Source: Acutalibacteraceae bacterium
Lineage (GTDB): Bacteria; Bacillota; Clostridia; Oscillospirales; Acutalibacteraceae
Length of the DNA stretch: 45,786 nucleotides
NCBI GenBank assembly: GCA_045643925.1
Contig: JAZRFZ010000038.1
Span: 1 to 45,786 of the forward strand
Direction of reading: 5' to 3'
The first letter of the stretch is position 1. Every line of letters starts with the position of its first letter. A model generated the notes under the pieces. That model saw nothing but the letters and a program-made list of their open reading frames with translations, searched no databases and was not told the DNA's origin. Of this stretch, positions 43,778-45,786 are shown piece after piece. The position numbers were made by a program, and so were the translations under genes.

Positions 43778-44752
43778 TTATTCCATAATATTTGCCTTAG
43801 GCTCTACGTCCACCCTACCGTGGTTGTAGAGCTTACGATTATCAAGCATCCAGAGTCTGCCTGTAAACTCACCATTTCCAACATCTTTCACCGCATCTGC
43901 CATTTCATAGATATTGGCATCCAAGAGGTCAAGCTGTGAAAGAATTTCCGCCTCAATAAACGCAGGTCTTACGGCTGCCCCGAATTCAAGCTTACCGTGG
44001 TGTGAAATGAGCATGTGCTGTAAAAGATACTTTGTTTCGGGGGTGACACCTAATTCATCACACTTTCTGCCAACGTCCTCGGCACCCATAACAAGGTGAC
44101 CCAGGAGCATACCCTCAAGGGTGTGTCCGTCAACAGTACCTGCAGGGCTAAGGCTGTATTCACGAAGCTTTGCAATATCGTGAAGAATCGCACCTGCAAG
44201 GAGCAATTCGCGGTCAATCGAGGGATAAATACTGCAGACACACTCTGCAAGTCGAACGATTGAAAGCGTATGATAAAGCAGACCGCCTGTCATAGCGTGG
44301 TGAAGCTTCTCTGCTGCAGGGAAGGTAAGAAGCTGCTCCTTGTTATCACCGAGCATTGAGAGAACAACGTTTTTGATTTCTTCATCCTTGAAATCTGCAA
44401 CCAATCTGACGATAACGTCAAGCATATCGCCACCGTCACAGTCTGCAGACTTTACAAAGTCTGACATATTTATATTGTCATTCACATCAGTAGGACGAAT
44501 TCGCTGAATAATGAGTTGGTCATTGCCGTTATACTGCTGAACACTGCCACGAAACTTAATAACGCTATTCACAACAGGCATAGGAGTTACATCCTCGCGG
44601 TAATCCCACATTTTGGCATAAACGTCACCCTCGTTATCACCGAGGAGAATATCAAGATAAAACGTGCCGTTCTTGGCACTCTTTTTGTCACAGCTTTTAA
44701 CAAGACCGAAGCCCTCAACCATACCGGGCTTTTCACAAGGAATATATTTCAT
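43778..44752 (-). CDS. yhaM: 3'-5' exoribonuclease YhaM (OB-fold + HD domain)
   Basis: N-terminal OB fold (NGTFYLDILLGDNEGDVYAKMWDY) and an HD domain (LLAGAILHDIAK, ISHHGKLEFG). ATG 44752 is 1 nt after the tcdA stop, with a GTGAGGT SD. Confidence 0.85.
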   Translation of the reverse strand: MKYIPCEKPGMVEGFGLVKSCDKKSAKNGTFYLDILLGDNEGDVYAKMWDYREDVTPMPVVNSVIKFRGSVQQYNGNDQLIIQRIRPTDVNDNINMSDFVKSADCDGGDMLDVIVRLVADFKDEEIKNVVLSMLGDNKEQLLTFPAAEKLHHAMTGGLLYHTLSIVRLAECVCSIYPSIDRELLLAGAILHDIAKLREYSLSPAGTVDGHTLEGMLLGHLVMGAEDVGRKCDELGVTPETKYLLQHMLISHHGKLEFGAAVRPAFIEAEILSQLDLLDANIYEMADAVKDVGNGEFTGRLWMLDNRKLYNHGRVDVEPKANIME

Positions 44753-44753
44753 A

Positions 44754-45443
44754 TTAAACCTCACTATCTAAAATTGTTCTGACTACGTAAGAAGTCATCA
44801 TATAACCTGCAACAGGTGGCACAAAGGACATTGAACCGGGCTCGGATGTGTGAGTTTTTACCGGCTCTTCCTTTGAATAAACAACAGTTAATTTGTTTAT
44901 TCCCCTGTTCCGCAATTCACGGCGCATTACCCTTGCAAGGGGGCAAACGCTTGTTTTCTTAATGTCTGAAATTTCAAGAAGTTCGGGGTGAAGCTTGTTG
45001 CCTGTGCCCATTGATGAAATAACGGGAACATTCAGTTCATTTGCACGGGAAATAAGCTCAAGCTTTGCAGTTACGTTATCGATACAATCCACAATGAAAT
45101 CATACTGTGAAAGGTCTATTTCATCCGCTGTTTCGGGGAGATAGAACAAATCATATCTGTGAATTTTCACCTGTGGGTTTATGCTCAGAAGCCTCTCTTC
45201 AGTGGCTTGGGTTTTTGGAAGTCCGACATAACCTTCTGTTGCCATTATCTGACGGTTAAGGTTGGTGATATCCACAACATCCTTATCAACAATGCCGATT
45301 GTACCCACACCTGCACGGACAAGACTCTCTGCCGCCGCACCGCCGACACCTCCAAGACCAAAAACAATCACAGAGGAATTATTCAATTTTCGGAGTCCGT
45401 CCTCACCGATTACACGTGCAGAACGGGAAAATCGTTCATCCAT
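44754..45443 (-). CDS. tcdA: tRNA threonylcarbamoyladenosine dehydratase (ThiF/E1-like)
   Basis: VIVFGLGGVGGAAAESLVRAGVGTIGIVDKDVVDITNLNRQ Rossmann/E1 motif. 229 aa. Confidence 0.85.
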   Translation of the reverse strand: MDERFSRSARVIGEDGLRKLNNSSVIVFGLGGVGGAAAESLVRAGVGTIGIVDKDVVDITNLNRQIMATEGYVGLPKTQATEERLLSINPQVKIHRYDLFYLPETADEIDLSQYDFIVDCIDNVTAKLELISRANELNVPVISSMGTGNKLHPELLEISDIKKTSVCPLARVMRRELRNRGINKLTVVYSKEEPVKTHTSEPGSMSFVPPVAGYMMTSYVVRTILDSEV

Positions 45444-45564
45444 TTAATCACCCGTAATTTATCTTATCGTAAATCATCTCATAAAATAATTATAATATTC
45501 TTAGCGTGAATGTCAAATAATAAATATAAAAAACATTAAATAAATTCAAAAAGGACCCTATTTT

Positions 45565-45786
45565 ATGAAAAAACGGATAATATCCTTCCTTTTGTGTGTA
45601 AATCTGCTTGTTGGTCTGCTTTGCGGAAGATTGTTCAACATTGTAAACGAACCACAAAGTGCATCTGTCGGGAGCGGTACGAGGGTAAAAGAAATCCACA
45701 CAAAGCGCGGAATGATTTACGACAGAAATCTTACTCCCCTTGTAAACAATGCTTACACCACGAAGTTACTTATACGACCTACAAAC
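45565..45786 (+). CDS. Penicillin-binding protein 2 / SpoVD-like transpeptidase, 5' fragment running off the window
   Basis: Open to the window edge. Translation is MKKRIISFLLCVNLLVGLLCGRLFNIV...HTKRGMIYDRNLTPLV. It has an N-terminal TM anchor and the RGxIxDRN motif typical of class B PBP dimerisation domains. Confidence 0.7.
   Translation, partial: MKKRIISFLLCVNLLVGLLCGRLFNIVNEPQSASVGSGTRVKEIHTKRGMIYDRNLTPLVNNAYTTKLLIRPTN

Overview
The window reads as a chromosomal core segment from a spore-forming Firmicute of the class Clostridia. It is densely coded, about 90% on the minus strand, with short or overlapping gene junctions. I saw no rRNA, tRNA, CRISPR array, transposase, integrase or phage genes. 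All calls come from reading the translated ORFs and motifs by eye; no homology search was run.

Gene content from left to right:
- der, a DUF512 radical-SAM gene, yceD and rpmF
- a 138-aa orphan P-loop gene and pgi
- the sporulation genes gpr and spoIIP, plus an untracked 57-aa membrane ORF
- ychF
- an 8-gene operon covering DAHP to phenylalanine: aminotransferase, pheA, aroB, aroC, aroE/aroK fusion, aroQ, aroA, aroF
- a HAD / lipoprotein / membrane-protein trio, then nagB, nnrD and a small single-TM gene
- obg, mrnC, lepA and a GH36 glycosidase
- a long minus-strand run: tcdA, yhaM, DUF2804, prmA, DD-carboxypeptidase, thrC, phosphoesterase, tig, clpP, clpX, lon, engB, metF, metH
- the 5' end of a PBP2/SpoVD-like gene

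There is no obvious multi-gene novel system such as a defence island. The items most worth follow-up are regulatory or small:
1. A 24-codon Phe/Tyr-rich leader ORF with mutually exclusive antiterminator and terminator helices sits in front of the aromatic operon, where a T-box would be expected.
2. A near-consensus promoter with an UP element is bracketed by LexA(Cheo)-like inverted repeats and carries a perfect Spo0A box. It drives a 93-aa basic single-TM protein, and an array of phased CGAACA half-sites lies next to it.
3. The conserved N-terminus of aroQ is encoded upstream of any ATG, GTG or TTG codon.
4. Trigger factor carries a 64-aa Lys/Ala/Pro repeat tail.
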